DNA from: Bryobacterales bacterium
GTDB lineage: Bacteria; Acidobacteriota; Terriglobia; Bryobacterales; UBA6623
Reading direction: 5' to 3'
DNA length: 64,000 bases
Assembly: GCA_028819255.1 (NCBI GenBank)
Contig: JAPPMB010000147.1
Coordinates: 80,031-144,030 of the forward strand
Shown here: piece by piece, positions 55,639 to 64,000 of the stretch
Layout: every line of letters starts with the position of its first letter
Numbering within the stretch: position 1 is the first letter of the stretch
Program-made: the position numbers and the translations under genes
The notes under the pieces: generated by a model
What the model saw: the letters and a program-made list of their open reading frames with translations, nothing else
What the model was told of the DNA's origin: nothing
Database searches by the model: none

Positions 55639-56586
55639 ATGGGAGCCTGCGAAAGCGCAATTCGACGGCGGGATTTCCTCACGGCCGGCTTCACCGCGGC
55701 TGCCCTGTCCCGGTGCGCCTCGGGCGAGCCGGAACCGCCGTCCGGAGAACTCGCCGCGCCCGCCTCCGGGCAACCGGTCATCGACTTTCACCAACACACG
55801 AACTACAAGGGCCGCGCTGACGACCTCTTGGTCGCCCATCAGCGCGCGATGGGCGTGGACCTGACTGTCCTGCTGCCGGCAGGCTCCCGATACGGGCTGG
55901 CCGCCGACGCCTTGGGAAACGACTCCGTCCTGGATCTCGCGAGACGCCATCCCGAGGAATTCGTCTTCTACGCGAATGAACTGCCCGATCTGCCCGACAC
56001 CCGCGAGGTGCTCGAGAAGTACCTGAAGCTGGGCGCATCCGGAATCGGCGAGCAGAAATTTCCAGTCGAGTGCGACTCCGCGCCCATGCAGCTCGTGTAC
56101 TCGATCGCCAGGGAGTTCGATGTTCCGGTCCTGCTGCACTTTCAGCACGACGCGTACAACACGGGCATCGAGCGGTTCCACACCATGCTCGAGAAGTTCC
56201 CGGAAGTGGACTTCATTGGTCACGCCCAGACTTGGTGGGGCAACGTGGACGCGAATCACGACCAGGCGGTGATGTACCCCAGGGCGCCCGTCACTGCGGG
56301 CGGCATCACCGACCGGCTGCTCTCCGACTACGGAAACATCTACGGCGACCTGTCTGCGGGCTCCGGTCTCAACTCGATGCTGCGCGACGAGGACCACGCC
56401 AGAGGCTTTCTTGAGCGCCACCAGGACCGGCTGCTCTGGGCCAGTGACTGCAACGACATTCTCGGCAGGGGGAGCGAGTGCATCGGCGCGAGGAGTCTCG
56501 CTGCGGTCCGGCGGCTGGCTCCTGACGATGTGGCGCTGAGGAAGATCCTGCACGACAATGCCGCGCGACTGCTCAAGAGGGCCTGA
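55639..56586 (+). CDS. amidohydrolase-2 (TIM-barrel metal hydrolase) family protein with Tat signal
   Basis: MGACESAIRRRDFLTAGFTAAAL carries the Tat motif. The metal motif VIDFHQHT follows, then LHFQHD...GHAQTWW...WASDC. Confidence 0.75.
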   Translation: MGACESAIRRRDFLTAGFTAAALSRCASGEPEPPSGELAAPASGQPVIDFHQHTNYKGRADDLLVAHQRAMGVDLTVLLPAGSRYGLAADALGNDSVLDLARRHPEEFVFYANELPDLPDTREVLEKYLKLGASGIGEQKFPVECDSAPMQLVYSIAREFDVPVLLHFQHDAYNTGIERFHTMLEKFPEVDFIGHAQTWWGNVDANHDQAVMYPRAPVTAGGITDRLLSDYGNIYGDLSAGSGLNSMLRDEDHARGFLERHQDRLLWASDCNDILGRGSECIGARSLAAVRRLAPDDVALRKILHDNAARLLKRA

Positions 56587-56631
56587 CGCTTCGTGTGCGG
56601 ACGGTCGTCGCAGAACCGCGGTGGAGAAACC

Positions 56632-57102
56632 ATGACAAAGTCCGCCGCATGGCTCGTTCTTGTCGCCCTCGCGTCAGGCTGCGCGTCCACTCCGGAAACC
56701 GCCGAGGCTCCTGCGTTCCCGGAAAAGCGCTTCCTCAATCTTCCCTACCGATCCGCCCCCAACGGCTACACCCACGTCGTGAAGTCGCCTCCCGGCACCA
56801 TGGTGTTCCTGTCCGGCGCGGGCGGCGCCGATCGCGAGGGCCACATGCCGGACGACTTCGCAACGCAGGCGCAGAACGCGTTCGAGAACCTGAAGGCCGG
56901 CCTGGAACTGGCGGGTGCGACCTTCGACGATGTCGTCAAGATCACGTACTTCCTCACTGACATGGACGATCTGGGCGAGCTGCGCGAGGTCAGGGCGAGG
57001 TACCTGAACATGGGGGCTCCGCCGGCGGCTTCCGCGGTGCAGACCGGGCTGGGCGGCGCGATGAAGATCGAGGTGGAGCTGATCGCGGTCATCCCTGAGT
57101 AG
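56632..57102 (+). CDS. RidA/YjgF-family protein with lipoprotein signal peptide
   Basis: MTKSAAWLVLVALASGC has a lipobox. The RidA fold follows: GTMVFLSGAGG...FENLKAGLELAGATFDDVVKITYFLTDMDD...PAASAVQ...IEVELIAV. Confidence 0.8.
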   Translation: MTKSAAWLVLVALASGCASTPETAEAPAFPEKRFLNLPYRSAPNGYTHVVKSPPGTMVFLSGAGGADREGHMPDDFATQAQNAFENLKAGLELAGATFDDVVKITYFLTDMDDLGELREVRARYLNMGAPPAASAVQTGLGGAMKIEVELIAVIPE

Positions 57103-57138
57103 GCTCGCGGGCACCCCGGCACGGGCGAGCGCACACGG

Positions 57139-59004
57139 CTATCGGGCCCACGGGAACGAAAGGTCCGGCATGGCGGCATACCGCTGCATCTGCAGGGTGA
57201 GGCGCTGCCCGGCGCCCGGTGCGAGAAGCACTGAGACGGCGCTCGCGTCGAGATCGGTCAGGTCCGCTGCGCCCTCGATGGCCGTGAACCTGTGCTCTGC
57301 GTAGCCGCCCGCCTGCACCACGACCTCCCTGGATTCCGCCTCGTTGAGGTTGACCAGCGTGACCGTGACGAAGTCTTCGCCCAGCTCGTGGACCAGCGCG
57401 GCAACGTCGCTAGGCAGGCCGGCCCGCCGTCTCTGGGGGTCGAAATAGCGCAATCGGCTGTGCAGCACCCAGATCCGGCCACTCGCGAAGTAGCCTCCGG
57501 TCGTCAGCTGGGTCAGAGTGTCCGTGGCGGCCGGCATGATTCCGAGCAGGTAGTCGGCCAGTCGCGTGTCGGCCGTCGTCTCGTCGTTGCGCATCATGTC
57601 CAGGCGCTGGCGGATGTGCATCGAGTCGGCTTGCATCGCCCGGAGCGGATAGCCGGGATCCTCGCCCTGGAGAAACGCGATCCAAGGCTCGTCCTTGAGC
57701 GGTATCCGCTCGAGGTCGGAAGGCTGCATGGACCAGAGGTAGATCTCAGCAAGCCGGTCCGAGTACGTCATGGGCAGGAACCGGTAGAACTCGGGCTCGC
57801 CGTTGAAGGCGTATCCCCGCGGATCTCCGTACATGGTCGGCAGCAGTCTCTGGCCGTCCTCGATCCGCTCCTCCGCCAGCACCAGGTCCATCTGCTTCCT
57901 CAGGACGTCGATGTAGCTGGAGTCGCCCGTGAGCAGAAGGCCGTTGGCGAAGCCCTGGAAGCTCGCCGCGGTGAAGTAGTTGCGGTGAGCGATCTGCTCC
58001 AGCTCGCCGTCGAAGATCGTGAAGTTCCAGCCGTAGGTGCCCTTCCACCACTGGCCGTCATGCTCGCCGCCCAAGGTGCCGTCCAGACCCACGTTCGACG
58101 GAATCATGCCGCCAGTCTCCGCCGCGCGTTCCTTCCACGCGTCCAGGTAGTCCAGTGTCCAGTCCCGGTATTTCTCCTTGCCCGTCAGGGCGTAGGCGTT
58201 GGTGCCGAGGAGCGTTGCCGCAAGGTTGAGGAAGTTGTCGCCGACGGAATCGAGGTACTCGTCGCAATGGGCCAGCATGCGCGGGTACCACTCCTCCAGG
58301 TCGAGCAGCTGGGTTGTGCGGGCCGGGTTGTGCAGGAGGTGAAATCTGCCGGGCACCGGATCCCCGACCCAGTCATAGACGGTCGCTCTGCGCAGCATCG
58401 GCCCCCGGCTGCCGTTCCAGATGCTGCGGATGATCCGGTGCTCCGGATCATAGTTGCCGTAGGAGGGATCCTCGCCGGTGTACATCCGCGCGAATCGCTC
58501 CATCCGGGCCACGTACTGCTCGTTCTCGGGGTCGGAGTGGCCCATGAGGAAGAACGCCCGCATGCCCTCCGCGGTGTGAAACCAGTCGGACTGTGTGATG
58601 AACTCCTCGTGATACGCACCCTCGGCCGCAAGCGTGGTCAGTTCCGTCCGGATCTCACCGTATTGCTGCAAGTGCCCCTCCAGAGCCTTCCCGTACAGCT
58701 CGAGAACGGAATCGGAACCTCCCAGTGTGTGCAGGAGCGTCCAGTTGTAGAACGTCTCGATGGCGTCGTCAGGACCGTCCAGAGTGCCCCACCGCGGAGT
58801 ATGGAGGAGGTAGCCTCTTTCGTCTAGATAGCGGTCCGCGAACGCTTCCACTGCCCTAGAGTTCTCATCCAGCAGTGCGCGCTCAAGCAATGCCCATTCG
58901 GGCGGGGCCATCGGCGTGTCGACCTCGACCGACGGCAGGGTGGCTGAAGAGCAGGAAAGCAGGGCAGCACCGAGGAGGGCCGCCGCGGGTGTTCGGACTG
59001 TCAT
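57139..59004 (-). CDS. large hypothetical lipoprotein
   Basis: The ATG at 59004 gives MTVRTPAAALLGAALLSCSS (lipobox). The 621-aa protein is Trp/Tyr-rich with ordinary composition. No family was recognised. It lies directly downstream of the patatin gene. Confidence 0.6.
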   Translation of the reverse strand: MTVRTPAAALLGAALLSCSSATLPSVEVDTPMAPPEWALLERALLDENSRAVEAFADRYLDERGYLLHTPRWGTLDGPDDAIETFYNWTLLHTLGGSDSVLELYGKALEGHLQQYGEIRTELTTLAAEGAYHEEFITQSDWFHTAEGMRAFFLMGHSDPENEQYVARMERFARMYTGEDPSYGNYDPEHRIIRSIWNGSRGPMLRRATVYDWVGDPVPGRFHLLHNPARTTQLLDLEEWYPRMLAHCDEYLDSVGDNFLNLAATLLGTNAYALTGKEKYRDWTLDYLDAWKERAAETGGMIPSNVGLDGTLGGEHDGQWWKGTYGWNFTIFDGELEQIAHRNYFTAASFQGFANGLLLTGDSSYIDVLRKQMDLVLAEERIEDGQRLLPTMYGDPRGYAFNGEPEFYRFLPMTYSDRLAEIYLWSMQPSDLERIPLKDEPWIAFLQGEDPGYPLRAMQADSMHIRQRLDMMRNDETTADTRLADYLLGIMPAATDTLTQLTTGGYFASGRIWVLHSRLRYFDPQRRRAGLPSDVAALVHELGEDFVTVTLVNLNEAESREVVVQAGGYAEHRFTAIEGAADLTDLDASAVSVLLAPGAGQRLTLQMQRYAAMPDLSFPWAR

Positions 59005-59023
59005 CGCGTGTCTCCCCAACATG

Positions 59024-60724
59024 CTAGCCTGCGCCGTCCCGAGACGGGTCCTGCCGAACCGGATCCGTCCAGCCCGGCCGGTGCCGGACGGTCGCCGGCC
59101 ACACGTTCCGGCCACGCATGTCCAGGACGCCCCGGTGCAGCAGGTCCCGCAGTGTGACCGTTCGCTTGCCTTCCTCGAAGCGGCCGTCGAACTCAACCGT
59201 GCCGACCAGCGGCGCTCTCGGGGCGACTCGGTAGATGGGCACGACCCTTCGCTGCGGTGCAGCTCTCCCCACGCTTCCACGTCCCGGCCCCAGCCCGGCC
59301 GGGCGGGACATCAGGAACCGGTTCCATGAAGCCGTGCGCCGAATGTCCTCGCGCGTCGCTCGCTCCAGGACCGTCGTGAAGGTCGCCAGTGCCGCCTCGA
59401 GCAGCCTGTAGCCGCCGGATGGCCGTGCGTCGCTCGCCAGCGGGTCTTTCTGCTCGAACGGTCGGATCTCGAGCGAGATTACGTGTGTGGCTCCCGCATC
59501 GATGGCCACGTGAACCGGGCTGTTGTTCAGGACGCCGCCGTCGACGAAATGGTGACGAGCCACTTGGTTCCCGCCTGCGCGATAGATTCCGATGCGCTGG
59601 GTCGGAAACGCTCCCGGTACCGCGGATGAGGCAACGAGGGAGCGCAGGAAGGTCTCCGGAGGCGCGAACATCGCCCGGGCTCCGCAAGCGTAGTCCGTCG
59701 AGCATGCCGGGACCGAGTCGAACTGCACGGCCATCCATTCCCTCTGGAGAAGCAGCCTGTACGTTTCGGGCCGGACAAGGGTGAACAGGCACTCCCGACC
59801 CGCCGAGATGTCTGTGCCTGTGACGATGAACTCCGGCACTTCGTCCCGTCGCCGATACCACTCGGCGACGATGTCGCGGCTCAGGTTGCGAGCCCTGTCA
59901 ATCGCTTGGCCTCGCGACAGCCGGGGATACCCTCTCAGATCGCCATCCGGCCCCGTGTTGGCGAGGAACCGCAGGAGCGGCAGGTCGGGGAACAGGCTCT
60001 CCCGAAACGCCTTGGCGACCAGCCAGCCGCCAACGCACAGTGCGGCCGTCGCAGCCAGCGCAAGCCCGAACAGAAACGGCACGGACTGGGCGAGGCTGTC
60101 CGACCCAATCCAGCCCAGAGAATCCGCCCCCGCGCGGGCCGCCAGCGAGGCGAGCGGCAGGAGCAGATTGGGCTGGAGGAGCGCCGCGACTGCAACCAGC
60201 AGCAAAGCGATGCCGAGCTTGCGCCAGCCGGAAGGGAAGCCCCGGGAAGCGAACCGAACGATCCAGGACCGCTGTCCGACGACCCATCGGGATGCCTTGC
60301 CGTCCCGGTCGAGATAGGACCAGGCGGACGCGATGTAACTGTCGAACGGCTGCCGGATGGAGGGATCCGTCCGGAACTGAGGGTTGCCCAGCCCAAGGGC
60401 CTCGAGAAACACCCCGTATCCGTTGACCGCGCCGGATGACGTGCCCACCAGGATGCCGACGTCGATCCCGCGCCGCCTCAGTCCGCCCAGAAGCACCTCG
60501 AGAAGCCCCGCATTGTAGGCTCCCGAAGCGCCGCCCCCGCTGATCGCGATCGCCACCTTGCGCCTCTCCGGCGGGCATCTGCGCAGTTCCAGCCCCTGCT
60601 TGACGAACAGGCCGCTTGAAGGGCCGACCTCGAGTTCGAGGGCGTCCAGGACTTCGTTCAGGTTGAGGAAGCCGGGATCAAGAAACCGCTCGAGTTCGGT
60701 CGGACGTGCCGTGATCTGTTCCAT
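59024..60724 (-). CDS. patatin-like phospholipase with membrane-spanning insertion
   Basis: The oxyanion motif is ISGGGASG, the nucleophile elbow is GTSSG and the catalytic Asp motif is FVDGGVLNNSP. Two hydrophobic helices (LGIALLLVAVAALL..., VPFLFGLALAATAALCVGGWLV) lie between Ser and Asp. A GTG at 60742 is an alternative start. Confidence 0.85.
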   Translation of the reverse strand: MEQITARPTELERFLDPGFLNLNEVLDALELEVGPSSGLFVKQGLELRRCPPERRKVAIAISGGGASGAYNAGLLEVLLGGLRRRGIDVGILVGTSSGAVNGYGVFLEALGLGNPQFRTDPSIRQPFDSYIASAWSYLDRDGKASRWVVGQRSWIVRFASRGFPSGWRKLGIALLLVAVAALLQPNLLLPLASLAARAGADSLGWIGSDSLAQSVPFLFGLALAATAALCVGGWLVAKAFRESLFPDLPLLRFLANTGPDGDLRGYPRLSRGQAIDRARNLSRDIVAEWYRRRDEVPEFIVTGTDISAGRECLFTLVRPETYRLLLQREWMAVQFDSVPACSTDYACGARAMFAPPETFLRSLVASSAVPGAFPTQRIGIYRAGGNQVARHHFVDGGVLNNSPVHVAIDAGATHVISLEIRPFEQKDPLASDARPSGGYRLLEAALATFTTVLERATREDIRRTASWNRFLMSRPAGLGPGRGSVGRAAPQRRVVPIYRVAPRAPLVGTVEFDGRFEEGKRTVTLRDLLHRGVLDMRGRNVWPATVRHRPGWTDPVRQDPSRDGAG

Positions 60725-61156
60725 TTGCACGCTCCGCGGCACTGGTGATTCGCGAATTTCTTCGGTGCTTGCAGTATAGGGGCGGGTGCCGCAGGCCAGG
60801 GTGGCTTGCTGCGGGGCCCTGCCTTGCGGGACAGGCGTCCGATCCTCTCCGAGGGGCCCTTCACAGCCCCATCGTCAGCAGAGAGGATCCACCCGGCGAT
60901 CCGCAGTCCCGGACCTGCTTGTGGGGCTGTCTTGCGGTTTCCGGTGGGGGACTCCAGCGAGGTTGCGGCAGGCGGCCCGACGGGAATGCGGGCCGAGATC
61001 CGCCTGGAATGCTCCGAGCGCGACGGAGGGGCTGGAGACCGGCGGCGGGACGAGTGGCTGGCCGGCCCCCGGGAACTCCGCCCGTCACCCACAGGGGTCG
61101 AGCCCCGTGGGGCAGGATGCTCCCCGGGCATCCCGGCTGCCGTGCAGGCGCGCCGT

Positions 61157-64000
61157 TCAGAAGATGAACTTGAGGCCGAACTGGATGTTCCTCGACCCTC
61201 CGGCCCCCGCGATGCGGCCGACGTTGCGGTTGCCGACTTGGGCGTTCGGATTGCCGAACGGAGGGGTATTGGTGAAGTTGAAGGCCTCAAAGCGGAATTG
61301 CAGCGCCTTCGACTCGGTCAGCTCGAAGCGCTTGTAGACGGCAAAGTCCCAGTTCCTGCGGTCTGGCGAGAGCAGAATGTTGCGCCCTGCGTTGCCGAAC
61401 TGAAACCGCTCGTTGCTCACCAGCATGTCCGTGGCGAACCAGCGGTCCAGCGTCCGCTGCCCGGACGGCAGGTTCGGGTCGCCGAGAACGTTCGGCCGGT
61501 TGGTGGTGTTCGTGTTGGCAGGGTTGCCCCGGACGGTGGCGCTGAACGGCTGGCCGCTTCGGAGCGTGGTGATCGTGGCCAGCGTCCACCCGCCCAGAAC
61601 CCCGTCCTGGACGCGGCTCCAGGAGGAGCCCCATCGCCGCCCGCGGCCGAAGGGCAGGTCGTAGATGACGCTGCCCACGAACTGGTGCCGGATGTGCAGG
61701 CTGCTCAGCGCCTTGTTCAGGCGGAAGTTGTTCGTGTCCTGGGGCTCCCCGCAGCCTCCGGTCGTGCCGCCGCCGCCCTCGGCGCAGAAGTCGTCGATGT
61801 TCTTGGAGAAGGCGTAGGATCCCAGCACGTTCAGTCCGCCGGACAGACGCTTCTTCAGCTTCAGCTGGCCCGAATGGAAGTTCGCATTCCCGTCGAACTG
61901 GTGGCGGAAGACCTGGGCCAGCGGCGTGATGAGAATGTCCGATCCAGGCCACACGATCGACTTCCACCGGCGCTTCCTGTTGCGGTTGCCGGGGCCGGGC
62001 GGCGAGAAGTTCATGTCGTACTTGCGAATCGCGTGCGTCGTCTTCGAAGCGAAGTAGCCGACCTCCAGCATCCAGTTTCCGCCGAGGCTCTGTTGGATGT
62101 TGAGGTTCCACTGCTGGGAATACGGCCAGGAACGGTCCCTCTGGTAGTTGGTCACCGACATGTTGGATGCCGCGCGCGGATCGAAGCCTTCGCTCACGGG
62201 CGAGTTGGGAATCCCGGTGCTCAGGCGAATGTCGGGATGGATGTTGTCGGTGCTAGACCAGTTCCGCACTTCGAAGGGCGGATTGCTCTGCATCAGCTTG
62301 CCTCCGCCCGGGGGATCCCACGTGCCGTGGAAGATACCGTAGCCGACTCGGATGACGGTGTCCCGACGAACCTGGTAGGCCAATCCGAAGCGCGGTCCGA
62401 AGTTGTCGCGGTCGGTCTGGACGTGGGACCGCTCCAGCCGGCTGCCGCCGGGAACGGCGAGCACGAGCGGCGGGTTGTCGGGATTGGCTTCGATGTCGAA
62501 GTTGACCCAGCCGTCCCTGGACTTCTCGACCCAGGGCAGGAAGACTTGGTAGCGGACGCCCATGTTGAGCGTCAGCTTGTCGGTCGCCTTCCATTCGTCC
62601 TGGAAGTAGAAGTGGTGGAACTGGCCCCTCAGCGCCATGTACACGCCGCGCGAGACACGGCTCTGGTGCGGTATCCCGGTGAGGAAGTGGGCGAACGGAT
62701 CGCCTCCCCGATTGCCGTCGGGATTACGTGTGTAGTTTCCATTGAAGAAGAACAGGCCGAGCCTTTCCTTCGGGTTCTTGAGGTAGTTCTGCAGCCACAT
62801 CAGATCTGTCCCGACCTTGATCGTGTGCCTTCCGCGGATGAACGTCGTGTCGTTCTTGAACTGGCGGGTCTGGGCGTTGGCGTCGTTCGGCACGTTCGAC
62901 CCGATCCCCAGCGGCGTCACGCCGTCGATGTTGAACCGCGGCGCGCCCGGCTGGAACTGGTCCACGCCCGCGATTCCGAGCTGGGCGTTGGCGTTGTAGT
63001 CGACGAGGGGGGCGAGCTTGGTGTCCGTGTTGTTCCAGCCCAGCCGGGTCGAGGTGAGGATGGTCGGCGTGAATATGTGGTTCCAGGCGAACCCGATGTT
63101 CTGCCCTGCGTGCGTGAAGCTTCCCCCCGTGTTGCCGGCGCCCCCGATCGCCGGAGCCGGCAGGCTGGGAGAGGCCGGAATGTGCCGCGTGTCATGGCTG
63201 TACCGGAAGAAGATGTTGTCGTCCCCGGAGAATACGTGATCGACGCGAACGTCCCCCCGGTTGCGGTCTTCCTCGCGCGGGGGGTTGTAGAGGAAGTTCT
63301 GCGTCAGCCGGTCATTCTTCGGGTCGGGGTACCAGTCCTTGGCCTGCGCGGAGACCGGGTCCATCTGGCTGAGGGGAATGACGTTGCCCGGAAAGGGGTC
63401 GCGGAAGAACTTCCCGTCCACCTCGCGAAGGCTGTTTGGGTCGTAGATCGTGCTTCCGATCTCGGTGAAGTCCCCCTGGCGCATCAGGATCGTGGGTATG
63501 GTGTTGTTCACCGTGCGCGACTCGCGGACCCTCGTCGCCTCGTAGTCTCCGAAGATGAAGGTCTTGTTCCTGACGATGGGGCCTCCGGCGGAGAAGCCGA
63601 ACTGGCTCCGCTTGTACGGCGGCCGCGGCTTGTCGGGAGCGTCGAAGAAGTTCTTGGCGTCGAAGACCTCGTTCCGCAGGAATCCGAAGACGGTCCCATG
63701 GACCTGGTTCGTGCCGGACTTCATGACCACGTTGACCACGCCGCCGGCCGACTTGCCATACTCCGCCGAGAAGGAGTTCGTCTCGACCTTGAACTCTTGG
63801 ACGGCGTCAATCGAGATCGCCGTGGCGTCCGATCTCCGGGCATGGGTCGCGCTTTGCAGGTTGTTGTTGTCGATGCCGTCCAGCATCACGTTGTTCTGGC
63901 TGGGCCGCATGCCGGAGGCGCTGAAGGAGTCCCTCCGGCCCGTGTTCGTCATCATTGCCCCGGTGGAGAGCAGAGCCAGCTTGATGTAGCTGCGGCCGTT
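61157..64000 (-). CDS. TonB-dependent outer-membrane receptor (N-terminus outside window)
   Basis: The frame stays open to base 64000 (…NGRSYIKLALLSTGAMMTNTG). The plug/barrel junction reads MLDGIDNNN...EFKVETNSFSAEYGKSAGGVVNVVMKSGTN. A long beta-strand pattern follows, and the C-terminus is RNIQFGLKFIF. Confidence 0.9.
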   Translation of the reverse strand, partial: NGRSYIKLALLSTGAMMTNTGRRDSFSASGMRPSQNNVMLDGIDNNNLQSATHARRSDATAISIDAVQEFKVETNSFSAEYGKSAGGVVNVVMKSGTNQVHGTVFGFLRNEVFDAKNFFDAPDKPRPPYKRSQFGFSAGGPIVRNKTFIFGDYEATRVRESRTVNNTIPTILMRQGDFTEIGSTIYDPNSLREVDGKFFRDPFPGNVIPLSQMDPVSAQAKDWYPDPKNDRLTQNFLYNPPREEDRNRGDVRVDHVFSGDDNIFFRYSHDTRHIPASPSLPAPAIGGAGNTGGSFTHAGQNIGFAWNHIFTPTILTSTRLGWNNTDTKLAPLVDYNANAQLGIAGVDQFQPGAPRFNIDGVTPLGIGSNVPNDANAQTRQFKNDTTFIRGRHTIKVGTDLMWLQNYLKNPKERLGLFFFNGNYTRNPDGNRGGDPFAHFLTGIPHQSRVSRGVYMALRGQFHHFYFQDEWKATDKLTLNMGVRYQVFLPWVEKSRDGWVNFDIEANPDNPPLVLAVPGGSRLERSHVQTDRDNFGPRFGLAYQVRRDTVIRVGYGIFHGTWDPPGGGKLMQSNPPFEVRNWSSTDNIHPDIRLSTGIPNSPVSEGFDPRAASNMSVTNYQRDRSWPYSQQWNLNIQQSLGGNWMLEVGYFASKTTHAIRKYDMNFSPPGPGNRNRKRRWKSIVWPGSDILITPLAQVFRHQFDGNANFHSGQLKLKKRLSGGLNVLGSYAFSKNIDDFCAEGGGGTTGGCGEPQDTNNFRLNKALSSLHIRHQFVGSVIYDLPFGRGRRWGSSWSRVQDGVLGGWTLATITTLRSGQPFSATVRGNPANTNTTNRPNVLGDPNLPSGQRTLDRWFATDMLVSNERFQFGNAGRNILLSPDRRNWDFAVYKRFELTESKALQFRFEAFNFTNTPPFGNPNAQVGNRNVGRIAGAGGSRNIQFGLKFIF

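Noticed and set aside
57103-57138. Possible bidirectional terminator hairpin between the convergent RidA and lipoprotein genes
   Set aside because: Only a 6-bp stem (GCTCGC/GCGAGC) around a 16-nt loop could be drawn, with no U-tract. That is too weak to annotate.

Overview
This is a 64-kb, very GC-rich bacterial chromosome segment. Gene content suggests Acidobacteriota or a similar soil lineage: CarboxypepD_reg-type TonB receptors, many MacA/MacB-like modules, a PVC-type haem-binding protein, DUF1080 and Tat-exported enzymes. That placement is an inference.

Most of the window is housekeeping:
- lpdA-lipB-E2-ackA
- two sodium:solute symporters
- murB, nadB, aroB, ubiE/menG, a UbiD-family decarboxylase and cutA
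- an acyl-CoA mutase large subunit
- an M28/PDZ peptidase
- a Wzm/Wzt/glycosyltransferase glycan-export cassette

I recognised one tRNA-Glu(UUC) and one cobalamin riboswitch. I saw no rRNA, CRISPR array, transposase or integrase.

Several small accessory or decaying patches sit between the core genes:
- A B12 riboswitch-btuFCD locus whose TonB receptor is frameshifted and truncated.
- An islet next to tRNA-Glu with an ATPase/PD-(D/E)XK nuclease fusion and an orphan MqsA-like Zn-ribbon/HTH protein.
- An N6-DNA-methyltransferase stub.
- A lower-GC Fic gene beside a decayed VapC/VapB pair.
- A roughly 2.1-kb SF1B-helicase-like pseudogene with clean in-frame TAG codons plus frameshifts.

The most system-like oddities are three membrane-fusion-protein genes with no FtsX/MacB permease nearby. 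One of them forms a tight UbiD-MFP-ABC NBD-GT21 glycosyltransferase operon. There is also a patatin-like lipase with a membrane insertion that is coupled to a large lipoprotein.

All calls rest on motif reading by eye. No database search was run.
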